Source: Cyclobacteriaceae bacterium
GTDB taxonomy: Bacteria; Bacteroidota; Bacteroidia; Cytophagales; Cyclobacteriaceae
Direction: 5' to 3'
DNA: 64,000 bases
Assembly: GCA_026989505.1 (NCBI GenBank)
Contig: JALSJF010000128.1
Span: 2,437 to 66,436 of the forward strand
Shown piece after piece: positions 54,147 through 63,197 of the stretch. The notes beneath the pieces are model-generated. The model was not told where the DNA came from. It worked only from the letters and a program-made list of their open reading frames with translations, and searched no databases. Position numbers and translations under genes: made by a program. Each line of letters starts with the position of its first letter. The stretch's first letter is position 1.

Positions 54147-55910
54147 ATGTTCACAAAGAAGACCTTTTACCCCCTGCTATTGGTTTTGCTTTTGGGTACA
54201 CTGGCCTACGGTCAGCAAGTTGACTATATGACGGCCTATAAAGAGGGCCGGGCCCATCTTGATGCCGGCCGGTATGAACTTGCCCTCAATTCTTTTGCCC
54301 GGTTGATGAAAACTGACCCGGCCCATCCGGTAACAGCTTATACGGCTTTTTTTTATGGTGTAGCCGCCTATAACCTCGGGCAGGTAGAGAAAGCCCGGGA
54401 TATGTTTTTGCAAATTACCCGTAACCATGCGGCCTGGGCGAAAATGGATGAGGCCTACCTGTGGCTAAGTAAGGTGTCGTTTGAATTGGCGAGCCCCAAC
54501 CAGGGCCTGTATTATGCCGGAAAAATTACCGATCCGTCCTTGCAGTTGCTGGCAGAGGAGATAAAAAAGGGGTATTTAAGGCAATTGGATGTGGTAACCC
54601 TGGAGGCGCTGCTACCGGATGGCGATGATGCCCGCTTAATTGCTGCAATCCTGGCCGGTAAGCTATATGAGGCACCCCTCCGGGAGCGCAATACGGCTTA
54701 CCTCGACAGCCTGATCGTAGCCTATGGCCTTGACTCGACATTGTTTGTGCCGGAGGTGCCGCCTACGGTGCATAAAGAACAATATAAAGTAGCGGTTATG
54801 TTGCCACTGTTTGTTGACCGTCTGTGGGAGAGTGGTGTTTACCTGAACAAAACCTTGGCCGTGGATATCTATGAAGGCATAAAGCTGGCCCTGGCAGAAT
54901 TTGACAGCAGCAAGATAACCCTTGATGTGTACGATACCCGCAAGGATTCGCTGACTACCCGTAACATCCTGGTAAGTGGTAAACTGGCCGATGCCGATGC
55001 CATTATCGGCCCGCTTTACCCGCAACCCCTGATGGTGGTAAACAACTATAGTTATCAGCATAAGCTTAATTATGTTAACCCGGTATCGACCAATTCTGAG
55101 CTGATAAGGTATAACCCTTTTGCTTTTTTGTTGCGTACCGGGGCCGAATCGATGGGCCGGATCATTGCCGAACATACCCACGACAAATTCACCAATAAAG
55201 CCTACGCCATTTACTATGGTACCCGCACTACCGATTCGCTGACAGCCATAAGCTATGCCAGGCGCATGGCCCTAGACTCATTTTATGTGGCAATCATTCA
55301 GCAAACACAAAAAGATAAAGCCCGGGAAATTTTCGACTCACTTACCTCAGCCATAGAAGTGGTGGACTCGGCAGCGTTACAACGAATGTGGAATGCAGGC
55401 GAAAGGGTACGGTTTTTACCCAAGAAGGACTCCTTATTGCTGCGGGTTGATTCATTGGGCCATATATTTATCGCTTCTGACAATAAAGCCATTGCTTCGG
55501 AAGTTATGGCGGCCGTTACCAGCCGGGGCGATACCACCAGAATAGTAGGGGTAGGCAACTGGTTTGCCCTGCCCAATGCCGGCCTGGGCCTGATGGAGGA
55601 CCTGGGGGTGTGGCTGGCGATGCCGGCCTTTGAGGATATGCTGTTACCGGATAACCGGATGATCAGCGCCATGTACCGTAGAAAGTACCATAAAAAACCG
55701 GGAAAATATGTGTTTTACGGGTATTATGCCATGAAGTTCCTGGGGGAATCTTTGTTGAACTATGGGGTTTATTTTCAGCATGGCTATAAAGACAAGGGCA
55801 ATCTTGATGATAAATTTGATTTTGCCCATAGCCAGGATAACCTGAACCTGCACCTGTTTACGATTGAGGAGGGCAGGGTACGAAAAGTGGATGACCATGA
55901 ATTAGATTGA
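54147..55910 (+). CDS. Secreted TPR + periplasmic-binding-protein (LivK-like) domain protein
   Basis: The ATG at 54147 gives the signal peptide MFTKKTFYPLLLVLLLGTLAYGQQ. An N-terminal TPR-like region is followed by ...YKVAVMLPLF..., a type-1 PBP-like core. Confidence 0.65.
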   Translation: MFTKKTFYPLLLVLLLGTLAYGQQVDYMTAYKEGRAHLDAGRYELALNSFARLMKTDPAHPVTAYTAFFYGVAAYNLGQVEKARDMFLQITRNHAAWAKMDEAYLWLSKVSFELASPNQGLYYAGKITDPSLQLLAEEIKKGYLRQLDVVTLEALLPDGDDARLIAAILAGKLYEAPLRERNTAYLDSLIVAYGLDSTLFVPEVPPTVHKEQYKVAVMLPLFVDRLWESGVYLNKTLAVDIYEGIKLALAEFDSSKITLDVYDTRKDSLTTRNILVSGKLADADAIIGPLYPQPLMVVNNYSYQHKLNYVNPVSTNSELIRYNPFAFLLRTGAESMGRIIAEHTHDKFTNKAYAIYYGTRTTDSLTAISYARRMALDSFYVAIIQQTQKDKAREIFDSLTSAIEVVDSAALQRMWNAGERVRFLPKKDSLLLRVDSLGHIFIASDNKAIASEVMAAVTSRGDTTRIVGVGNWFALPNAGLGLMEDLGVWLAMPAFEDMLLPDNRMISAMYRRKYHKKPGKYVFYGYYAMKFLGESLLNYGVYFQHGYKDKGNLDDKFDFAHSQDNLNLHLFTIEEGRVRKVDDHELD

Positions 55911-56040
55911 GTTGGTTAAATTTTGTATTTTTAAAATCTCTGTAAAATTATATATGCAGGACAATGTAATCTAACACAAATGGGTTATCTTTCAGTTTTA
56001 TATAGTACGCATCACCTCAAAATACAATTTTAGTCAGCAG

Positions 56041-57045
56041 ATGTCTGTAAAAAATACCGTTTTAAGTTTCCTTTTCGTTTGCAGCGGCTTATTGGCCTTT
56101 GCCCAGGAAGAAGGGCAGGAGGAGGTGCCCCCCTATCAAACCATGTACGATGATCCGTATGACATCCGCAACCTGTACCTGCATTTCCAGCCGTTGTATG
56201 GCGATGTAGGGGTGCTCAACATCACCGGAGGGTTTGGCCTTGAAGGTAACTATTACCATAAATCGCTTTTTGATGTGCAACTGGCCTTGCGTTCATCCTA
56301 TGGCAGAAGGTTTGATATTAACCGTGATGCCGCCAGCCGTAATGCCACCAATACCGATAATTTTCCCCTTTTCTTTGCTATTGAATTTGGCGGCACCTAT
56401 CATATCCGGGATATTATGACCGAGTCTTCCTCAAAGGTGTTGCTTTATTCAAAAAACCTCAAGGGTACCGACTGGGCCTCTACCGTAGCCCGTCATGCTG
56501 AGATCAACGGTAAGCTGAGGACCATCATTGGCGCCCGCCTCGGGGGTATGTTTTACAGCACCACGGCTGATGTAAATGCTATTCTGGCCGCGCAAGACAA
56601 GGAACTGTTTTATGAAAATGGCATCCCGGTAGTGGGGGAAACGCTTTACAGTAACTTTCAGTCGTTTATTATCTATGCGGGCGGCTCTTATAGCTGGATC
56701 AGGAATTATGCCGTAGAGTTCAGCGAACGCTGGGACCCTTCGGGTGATGATATGATTTTAACCCCTTATTTTGATATCATGTTGGCGCCCATGAATAACC
56801 TGGCCGATGTTACCCTGTCATCGGCAACCGTTAGTACCGGCCCAATTGATATGCTGGCTATGGGATTCCGCGGTGGCCTGCAGGCCAGGTTTAACCGCAC
56901 TTTGGGCTGGAGCTATAATGTGGAAGCAGGGGTACGGCCGGGAATTAAGAAAAGGGGTTTTTATGTTTTGTTCAAAATGAGCTTCCCGGTGTGGGGCAAA
57001 AAACTTAAATCCGCGGAAACCACCACGGAGGGTACGGAAAACTAG
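56041..57045 (+). CDS. Hypothetical secreted, beta-rich (possible outer-membrane) protein
   Basis: It has a signal peptide (MSVKNTVLSFLFVCSGLLAFAQEE) and an alternating aromatic/glycine pattern. I do not recognise a family. Confidence 0.55.
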   Translation: MSVKNTVLSFLFVCSGLLAFAQEEGQEEVPPYQTMYDDPYDIRNLYLHFQPLYGDVGVLNITGGFGLEGNYYHKSLFDVQLALRSSYGRRFDINRDAASRNATNTDNFPLFFAIEFGGTYHIRDIMTESSSKVLLYSKNLKGTDWASTVARHAEINGKLRTIIGARLGGMFYSTTADVNAILAAQDKELFYENGIPVVGETLYSNFQSFIIYAGGSYSWIRNYAVEFSERWDPSGDDMILTPYFDIMLAPMNNLADVTLSSATVSTGPIDMLAMGFRGGLQARFNRTLGWSYNVEAGVRPGIKKRGFYVLFKMSFPVWGKKLKSAETTTEGTEN

Positions 57046-57056
57046 CCGATGATTTT

Positions 57057-58292
57057 ATGTTAATCAAGAATATTAAGCGCCTGGTGCAGGTTAGGGAGGA
57101 AGGTACGGATTGGGTAAGCGGGGCGGATATGCAGGTTCTGCCGGGTATAGACAATGCTTTTTTACAGTTAGAGAATGGTAAAATAGCAGCTTACGGCCCT
57201 ATGGATAGTTGTCCGCAGGATAACGGGCCGGAAATAGACGCTACCGGCCGGTTGGTGCTGCCTACCTTTGTTGACTCTCATTCGCATATCGTTTTTGCCG
57301 AAACCCGCCAGGGGGAATTTGTGGATAAAATCAAAGGGGCCAGTTATGCCGAAATAGCCGCCAGGGGCGGGGGGATTCTTAACTCGGCCAGGAAGCTACA
57401 ACAGTTATCGGCAGAGGAGCTTTTTATCCGGGCCCTGCCGCGGGTGCAGGAGGTTATCGGGTTTGGTACCGGCTGCCTTGAAATAAAAAGCGGCTATGGC
57501 CTCACCGTGGAGGATGAAATTAAAATGTTACGCGTGGCCAGAAGACTGGGGGAAGAAACCCCGCTGACGGTTAAAACAACTTTTCTGGGCGCTCACGCTA
57601 TCCCTGTTGATAAAACCCGGGAAGCGTACCTTAACCTGGTGGTTAACGAAATGCTGCCGCAGGTGGCGGCCGAAGGCCTGGCTGATTATATTGATGTGTT
57701 TTGCGAGCAGGGTTTTTTTACCCCGGAAGAAACAACAAAGGTGGTAGAAGCCGGTAACAAGCATGGCCTGACGGCTAAAATCCATGCCAACCAACTGCAT
57801 ATCTCCGGAGGTGTGGAAGTAGGCGTAAACACCGGGGCCAGAAGTGTTGACCACCTGGAGAGCATAGGCGAGGCGCAAATTGCCGCCCTCAGGAACAGCA
57901 ACACCATGCCCACCCTGCTGCCGGGTTCAGCTTTTTTTCTCAACAATAAATACCCGCCTGCCCGCCAAATGATAGCAGCCGGGCTGCCGGTAGCCCTGGC
58001 CACCGACTACAACCCCGGCAGCGCCCCGGCCGGAAAAATGGCCTTTATGGTTTCCCTGGCCTGTATTAAGATGAAAATGACCCCGGAAGAGGCGATTAAT
58101 GCTGCCACCATCAATGGTGCTTATGCCATGGATGTGCTGGCTACCCATGGCTCCATAACGGTGGGCAAAGCGGCCAGTGTGATAATCACCAAACCCATAC
58201 CCGACATCGCCTATATCCCGTATTCTTTTACCGGGGATGTTATCGACAAGGTGATATTAGAGGGGGAATTAATATTTTCGGCCGACCGGTGA
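57057..58292 (+). CDS. hutI: Imidazolonepropionase
   Basis: It is an amidohydrolase with ...PTFVDSHSHIVFAE...ARGGGILNS...KIHANQL...DHLE...ATDYNPGS... Confidence 0.88.
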   Translation: MLIKNIKRLVQVREEGTDWVSGADMQVLPGIDNAFLQLENGKIAAYGPMDSCPQDNGPEIDATGRLVLPTFVDSHSHIVFAETRQGEFVDKIKGASYAEIAARGGGILNSARKLQQLSAEELFIRALPRVQEVIGFGTGCLEIKSGYGLTVEDEIKMLRVARRLGEETPLTVKTTFLGAHAIPVDKTREAYLNLVVNEMLPQVAAEGLADYIDVFCEQGFFTPEETTKVVEAGNKHGLTAKIHANQLHISGGVEVGVNTGARSVDHLESIGEAQIAALRNSNTMPTLLPGSAFFLNNKYPPARQMIAAGLPVALATDYNPGSAPAGKMAFMVSLACIKMKMTPEEAINAATINGAYAMDVLATHGSITVGKAASVIITKPIPDIAYIPYSFTGDVIDKVILEGELIFSADR

Positions 58293-58663
58293 TATCGGTA
58301 AAAAGAGCCCTGATAACGGAAAAATGCCCGCGTTGCCGGCAAGGTAATCTTTTTGTTACCCGTGCCTATAATATAGGCGGGTTTTACAAGATGCACCGCC
58401 ATTGCCCGGTTTGCGGCCAGTTGTTGGCGCCTGAACCGGGGTTCTATTTTGGCGCGATGTTCATTGCCTATGGCATGCTTGTTTTTATGTCGGGGTTTAC
58501 CTGGATAACCCTGTATTTCACCTTCCGGCCGGCCTTTGCTGTGTACCCGATCGTGATTTTAATCTTGAATGTGCTACTTTTGCCCCTTATATTCCGCTAT
58601 TCCAGGGTGTTATTCTTATTTGGCTTTGGCGGTATTACGCTTAAAAAATTATCAAAATATTAA
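58289..58663 (+). CDS. DUF983 domain-containing membrane protein
   Basis: A zinc-ribbon-like CPRCRQGNLF...HCPVCGQ is followed by two TM segments. It has a GTGA overlap with hutI. Confidence 0.75.
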   Translation: MISVKRALITEKCPRCRQGNLFVTRAYNIGGFYKMHRHCPVCGQLLAPEPGFYFGAMFIAYGMLVFMSGFTWITLYFTFRPAFAVYPIVILILNVLLLPLIFRYSRVLFLFGFGGITLKKLSKY

Positions 58664-58667
58664 ATTA

Positions 58668-59324
58668 ATGAAGTATTTAACCTTAATTGTTACCGCTGTT
58701 CTTGCCTCAATAATATTGTCGGGTTGTTATTCAACCTCTATAGACGCCTCCTGGCGGGCAGAAGCAGCCCAGCCCAGAAACTATAAAAAACTGCTGGTTA
58801 TCGGGATGTCAACCAATGTGGCCGCCCGTGCCACAGTAGAAGATGAAATGGTTTATTTTATGCGTTTGAAAGGAATTAATGCCGTGTCGGCTTCCAGTAT
58901 TTTACCGCCCGACAGAAGTATTGTTTCGGCCCCTCATGATGTACAACAAAAGAAGCTCATAGAAGATGGGTTTGATGGGGTGCTGGCCATTAGCCTGGTA
59001 GAGAAGAAGGAGGCTACCAAGTATGTGCAGGGCACCAATACCTATGCCCCAACTTCGTATTATGGTGGGTATTATGGCTCTTTCTATAGCTATTATCCTT
59101 ATATGTACTCCAATGTGTACCAGCCCGGATATTATGTAAACTCCGAAACCATTGTTTTGCAAACCGGCTTGTTTGACGTGCAGTCCGGTGACTTGCTATG
59201 GTCAGCGCAATCAGAAACGACCGATCCCGGATCGTTGGATAATTTTGCCAACTCCTATGCGCGCAGTATGGTTACCCATCTGCTTAAACGTAAGATTATT
59301 GTCCCTAACAACGCTAAAAAATAG
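58668..59324 (+). CDS. Lipoprotein (DUF4136-like, Tyr/Gly-rich segment)
   Basis: The ATG at 58668 gives MKYLTLIVTAVLASIILSGCYS (lipobox). It contains ...YYGGYYGSFYSYYPYMYSNVYQPGYY... The family assignment is tentative. Confidence 0.65.
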   Translation: MKYLTLIVTAVLASIILSGCYSTSIDASWRAEAAQPRNYKKLLVIGMSTNVAARATVEDEMVYFMRLKGINAVSASSILPPDRSIVSAPHDVQQKKLIEDGFDGVLAISLVEKKEATKYVQGTNTYAPTSYYGGYYGSFYSYYPYMYSNVYQPGYYVNSETIVLQTGLFDVQSGDLLWSAQSETTDPGSLDNFANSYARSMVTHLLKRKIIVPNNAKK

Positions 59325-59444
59325 TAAGGCGGGCTGCTGTGGCCGGTAGTTAAACGGTTTAGGTGAATTATATCCTTATTCTTACCAGGGGGCATATTGC
59401 ATTTGGTAAATTCGTTATATCTTCGTTTATCAACGTAACTGACT

Positions 59445-61109
59445 ATGGAGCTAACAACACAACATAAAGAAACGCTGGACAGGGCCGTCAGGGCCATTCA
59501 TGAAAGAACCTTTTTCGCCCGGTACCCCGAGCACCCTTCCCCGAAAATATATGGTGAAACTGCCGACCAGGAAGGCCGGGAGTGGTTTCAGGATAGGGTA
59601 GGCAAAAACTTTAGCGAACTGCTGCAGGCTGCCGATGCCGGCTGGGTGGGCGATGAGCAGTCGCCCTACTTGCAGGAACCTTTAAACATTAAATATCCTG
59701 TGGTAAGCGCTGCGGCCTATGTGGCCAATGCCTGCGAAGTGTTTGACACCTGGCGGCAATTGCCGGTACTCAACAGGGCGGCTTTGCTGATTGAATCGCT
59801 GGAGCGGATGAAAGCCCGGTTTTTTCAGATTGCCTATGCTACCATGCATACCACCGGCCAGGGCTATATGATGGCTTTTCAGGCCTCGGGGCCACATGCG
59901 GCCGACAGGGCCCTGGAAGCCATTGCCATGGGCTATGAAGAGCAGGCCCGTTTTCCCGGAGAAGTGGTTTGGGATAAGCCAATGGGCAAGTTTAACCTGA
60001 CATTGAAGAAAACCTGGCGTACGATGCCGAAAGGAATTGGCCTGGTGGTGGGCTGCTCTACTTTCCCTACCTGGAACAGCGTACCGGGTATGTATGCCAG
60101 CCTGGTTACCGGTAATCCGGTGATTGTTAAACCCCATCCCGGCTCGGTACTGCCCATGGCTATTCTCGTAGCCGAGTTGCAAAAGGTGTTGCAGGAAAAT
60201 AACCTAAACCCGCTCGTGGTGCAGTTGGCCGTTGACACCCACGATAAGCTTATTACCAAAGAGTTGGCTGAAGACCCGGCTGTTAAGTTAATTGATTATA
60301 CCGGAGGCAGTGCCTTTGGTGACTACCTCGAAGGGCTACCGGGTAAAGTAGTCTTTACCGAAAAAACAGGGGTAAACTCAGCCATTATCGACTCTACCGA
60401 TGAGGTGGATAAAATGGTGGGCAACCTGGCGTTTTCAATAGCCCTTTACTCGGGGCAGATGTGTACCGCCCCGCAAAATATTTTTATTCCTGCCGATGGC
60501 ATCAACACACCCGGGGGCAAGGTTAGTTTTGATGAACTGGCAACTAAATTTGTCGCCCAGTTCAATGGTTTGATTGATAACCCCAAGGCCGGCCCTTTTG
60601 TACTGGGGGCAGTGCAAAACCCGGCTACCTGCGACAGGGTAAAGGATGCTGAAAACTTACCGGGCCAGGTCCTGTTGCCGTCCCGCAGCATAGAAAACCC
60701 TATGTTTAAAAACGCCCGCATAGCCACTCCGGCCTTAATTGCCGTGGAGGCGCACCAGATTGACATCTTCTCACAGGAACTATTTGGCCCGGTTGCCTTT
60801 CTGATTAAAACCAAAGACACGGCCGAATCGGTGGCCTTGGCGCGTAAGCTGGCGGCAGGGCATGGGGCAATTTCCTGTGCCGCTTATACCCTGGATGAGG
60901 ACATGAAAGATTATATTGCCGACCAGATGGCCCTGGCGGCTACCCCGGTGGCCTTTAATTTTAAAACCGGCATCTATGTCAACCAGCATGCCGGCTTCTC
61001 CGATTTCCATGTAACCGGGGGCAATCCGGCCGGTAATGCTTCCTTTACCAATCCGGAGTACGTCATCAAAAGGTTTACCTGGGTAGGTACCCGTGAGCCG
61101 GTAAGCTAG
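59445..61109 (+). CDS. paaN: PaaN-like aldehyde dehydrogenase (phenylacetic acid degradation protein PaaN family)
   Basis: The 554-aa aldehyde dehydrogenase superfamily protein has ...FTEKTGVNS... and the catalytic Cys context YSGQMCTAPQNIFIP. Its length and N-terminus are typical of PaaN. Confidence 0.75.
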   Translation: MELTTQHKETLDRAVRAIHERTFFARYPEHPSPKIYGETADQEGREWFQDRVGKNFSELLQAADAGWVGDEQSPYLQEPLNIKYPVVSAAAYVANACEVFDTWRQLPVLNRAALLIESLERMKARFFQIAYATMHTTGQGYMMAFQASGPHAADRALEAIAMGYEEQARFPGEVVWDKPMGKFNLTLKKTWRTMPKGIGLVVGCSTFPTWNSVPGMYASLVTGNPVIVKPHPGSVLPMAILVAELQKVLQENNLNPLVVQLAVDTHDKLITKELAEDPAVKLIDYTGGSAFGDYLEGLPGKVVFTEKTGVNSAIIDSTDEVDKMVGNLAFSIALYSGQMCTAPQNIFIPADGINTPGGKVSFDELATKFVAQFNGLIDNPKAGPFVLGAVQNPATCDRVKDAENLPGQVLLPSRSIENPMFKNARIATPALIAVEAHQIDIFSQELFGPVAFLIKTKDTAESVALARKLAAGHGAISCAAYTLDEDMKDYIADQMALAATPVAFNFKTGIYVNQHAGFSDFHVTGGNPAGNASFTNPEYVIKRFTWVGTREPVS

Positions 61110-61116
61110 GTTCAGG

Positions 61117-61629
61117 ATGGTGAAACCTTCACGTATCATCCTTATCGGTATGCCGGGCGCTGGCAAAACTACGGTTGGCCGCTTGCTGGCCACCCGAATG
61201 GGCGTGCAATTTATTGACCTGGATGCCGAAATTGAGCTCCAGGAAGGACGTAAAATAACGGAAATCTTTGCCGGGGAGGGAGAAGGTAAATTTCGTGTGC
61301 TGGAAGCACGAGCCTTGCAGGCCGTGGCCGGCAACCCGTCTCCTCTGGTACTGGCAGCCGGGGGCGGCACTCCCTGTTTTTTTTCTAATCTGGACGTAAT
61401 GCAGGCCATGGGCACCCTTGTTTACCTCGCAGCCCCGGCCGCATGGCTCATAGAACGTACCGCGGGCGAGCAGCAACGCCCGTTGCTGCAGGAAGACCAT
61501 GCCAGGAAAATCACCGACTTACTGAGGGCCAGGGAAGAATATTACCTTCAGGCAGGGGTGCATATTCAGGTACAGGGCAAATCGCCCCGGGAAATTGCCG
61601 ATGAGATCGCTACCCGGCTCAAGGGTTAA
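61117..61629 (+). CDS. aroK: Shikimate kinase
   Basis: It contains IILIGMPGAGKTTVGRLLA...D.D..IE...G..I.EIF...GE..FR..E...L. Confidence 0.92.
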   Translation: MVKPSRIILIGMPGAGKTTVGRLLATRMGVQFIDLDAEIELQEGRKITEIFAGEGEGKFRVLEARALQAVAGNPSPLVLAAGGGTPCFFSNLDVMQAMGTLVYLAAPAAWLIERTAGEQQRPLLQEDHARKITDLLRAREEYYLQAGVHIQVQGKSPREIADEIATRLKG

Positions 61630-63185
61630 AATTTGTACCCCAGGGTTAACAAGCTGCTGAAAATACTGGTTCTCAGGTTGACCACCGGCTGGCTGCTATC
61701 GTTAAGCACATAAGGGGTATAAGTGCTGGTGATGAGGTTGTTAATTAGCGCCAGATCAGCATAAAAACTTTCTAAGTGCAAGCCCACACCGAGTGAAAGC
61801 TGTTGGTTATTGCCCCGGTAGTTCAAATCAGCGGTTACCGGTACCTGGTTAAGGGCATACCCGCCCCGCAGGCGTACGGTGCCCAGCCTGATTTCTGCCC
61901 CGGCCTTGAGGTTAACCGCCTCGTTAAAGTTGTTCCTGATGTAGTTATTATCGGCATCCATCGCGAAACCGTTGGCATTGAGCCAGGCTTTACTGTAGTC
62001 GAGATATTCAATATCGGCTGAAATAAAACCTAATTTACCGAACATAAAGGCTACACCTGCCGAAGCCTTAAAAGGGGTGCTCAGACTGTAGCTTGAGGCC
62101 ACTTCCATTGTTCTGTCCTCCAGGTAGTTGAGGGTGGTGTCGCCCCCCACGATATCTTCATAAAAGAAATTGTTCCAATCGGCTGCCAGCGAGGCATTGT
62201 ACGTGTCGTTAAGGTTGTAAAAGGTAGGCGAGGTAATGGTAGCTCCCAGGCGGAAGAAACTTACCGGCCGCAGGATTAAGCCAAAAGTGCCGTTAAATCC
62301 GGTGCCCTTGATTTTTAACGATTCCTCCAGGTCTATCCGGTTAATCGGGTTGTAGGTCGGGTCTTCGGCAGAATAATCAAACTCCGCTTCACCGTACGTT
62401 TTCCGGGCTTCGTAGTTAAGCGATACGATGCCCAGGCCAAAACCCAGGTAGAGTACATCAGCCAGGTTGCCCCCGTAGGAAAGGCTCCACTGGTACTGGC
62501 TGCCACGGGTTTTTACTGCTTCCTGTTGGCGGCTAACCGGCCGGAGGAATGAGGTTATATCCGAAAAATATTCATCGTCAGGGTAGCTGGGGTCCACTAC
62601 ATCCCAGGGTCCGATTAAATAGGTGTAGTAGGCCAGGGTGGTAAGGTCGGTAGCCTCCCCGGGGGCGGGGAAATTACCGGCCGGAAAGCCATTGGCTGAC
62701 TCCAGAAAATAATCGACAATACTGTTTTGGCCATTCTGCCCACTATAGCGGAACTCGTTATTGAAGTCGTTTATCTTATTCACACTAAAGCCAAACGATC
62801 CCCCCAGCCAGCCGCCCACACCACCTTTGGTATTGTTGACCACCAGGCCAATGTTAGCGAGACGGCCGAACGGAGTTTGATTGCCGGTAGGGTTTCCGTT
62901 GAAGGTTGAGTTAGCATAGGCCACGGAGAACCCCGGGGTAATAGAAATTTCTGAACGGTTATATAATCCCAGGCCGGCCGGGTTGCTGCTGATGGCCGTT
63001 ACATCGGCCCCCAGGGCTACATTGGTGCCGCCCAGGGCCTGAATCCTGGCCGAGCCCCCGGTGAAGGTCTGGCTGAAGCGCAGGGCATCCAGGTAGTAAC
63101 CGTAGGGCGACTCGCCCTGGGCACGGGCAAACTGTGGCCATAAGGTAGCCGTTGCTATGAGCAAAATTATCAAATACTTGTACAT
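61626..63185 (-). CDS. FadL/PorV-like beta-barrel outer-membrane protein
   Basis: A signal peptide (MYKYLIILLIATATLWPQFARAQ) is followed by ...GSARIQALGGTNVALGADVTAISSNPAGLG..., which resembles FadL/UPF0164/PorV N-terminal motifs. The sequence has an alternating beta-strand pattern and a C-terminal ...LLTLGYKF (terminal Phe). Confidence 0.7.
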   Translation of the reverse strand: MYKYLIILLIATATLWPQFARAQGESPYGYYLDALRFSQTFTGGSARIQALGGTNVALGADVTAISSNPAGLGLYNRSEISITPGFSVAYANSTFNGNPTGNQTPFGRLANIGLVVNNTKGGVGGWLGGSFGFSVNKINDFNNEFRYSGQNGQNSIVDYFLESANGFPAGNFPAPGEATDLTTLAYYTYLIGPWDVVDPSYPDDEYFSDITSFLRPVSRQQEAVKTRGSQYQWSLSYGGNLADVLYLGFGLGIVSLNYEARKTYGEAEFDYSAEDPTYNPINRIDLEESLKIKGTGFNGTFGLILRPVSFFRLGATITSPTFYNLNDTYNASLAADWNNFFYEDIVGGDTTLNYLEDRTMEVASSYSLSTPFKASAGVAFMFGKLGFISADIEYLDYSKAWLNANGFAMDADNNYIRNNFNEAVNLKAGAEIRLGTVRLRGGYALNQVPVTADLNYRGNNQQLSLGVGLHLESFYADLALINNLITSTYTPYVLNDSSQPVVNLRTSIFSSLLTLGYKF

Positions 63186-63197
63186 GGCCCGGGTGTC